Below, in pieces: positions 63,878 through 64,000 of a stretch of 64,000 nt of DNA. Every line of letters begins with the position of its first letter. Position 1 is the first letter of the stretch. A program made the position numbers and the translations under genes. This stretch comes from Octopus bimaculoides. Taxonomy: Eukaryota. The stretch lies in NCBI RefSeq assembly GCF_001194135.2, contig NC_069007.1:11820404-11884403 (forward strand), in the 5' to 3' direction. The notes beneath the pieces are model-generated. The model worked only from the letters and a program-made list of their open reading frames with translations. It was not told where the DNA came from and searched no databases.

Positions 63878-63935
63878 TTCTTCTTCTTCTTCTTCTTCTT
63901 CTTCTTCTTCTCCTTCTTCTTCTTCTTCTTCTCTC
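63795..63935. repeat. (CTT)n microsatellite
   Basis: Direct inspection. Confidence 0.97.
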
Positions 63936-64000
63936 TCTCTTATTCTCTTTCTTTTGCCAGTCAGTTTTTACCAAAATTGTTCTTCATCACAGCATCCAGT

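Overview
Eukaryotic, AT-rich, very repeat-dense draft-assembly sequence. About 16 N-gaps interrupt it, most abutting (AT)n runs. The repeat landscape (tRNA-head SINEs, RTE LINEs with (GAT)n tails, abundant AT/AC/AAT/GATA microsatellites) suggests an octopod cephalopod genome such as Octopus; this is inference, not a database match. I find no complete protein-coding gene, rRNA or CRISPR array, and most track ORFs are microsatellite or N-gap artefacts. Recognisable content: RTE LINE fragments (APE, RT, C-terminus, structured 3' tails); four R4/Dong-like RLE retrotransposon fragments, three stacked in (TAA)n; three Penelope-like GIY-YIG fragments; a Helitron RepHel fragment; Tc1/mariner elements (maT-like, mariner, MITEs); piggyBac-type MITEs; several SINE families; a 137/140-bp minisatellite; and a decayed tRNA-Asp(GTC). 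A few weak + strand splice signals suggest the window may lie in the long introns of one host gene. The most notable signal is a set of minimal type-I hammerhead-ribozyme-like motifs from several unrelated families. They occur as a tandem ~380-bp-unit pair, a head-to-head 390-bp palindrome, Penelope 3' ends and isolated copies, suggesting a Penelope/retrozyme-type self-cleaving RNA system. All motif calls were made by eye; none was confirmed by folding software or database search.
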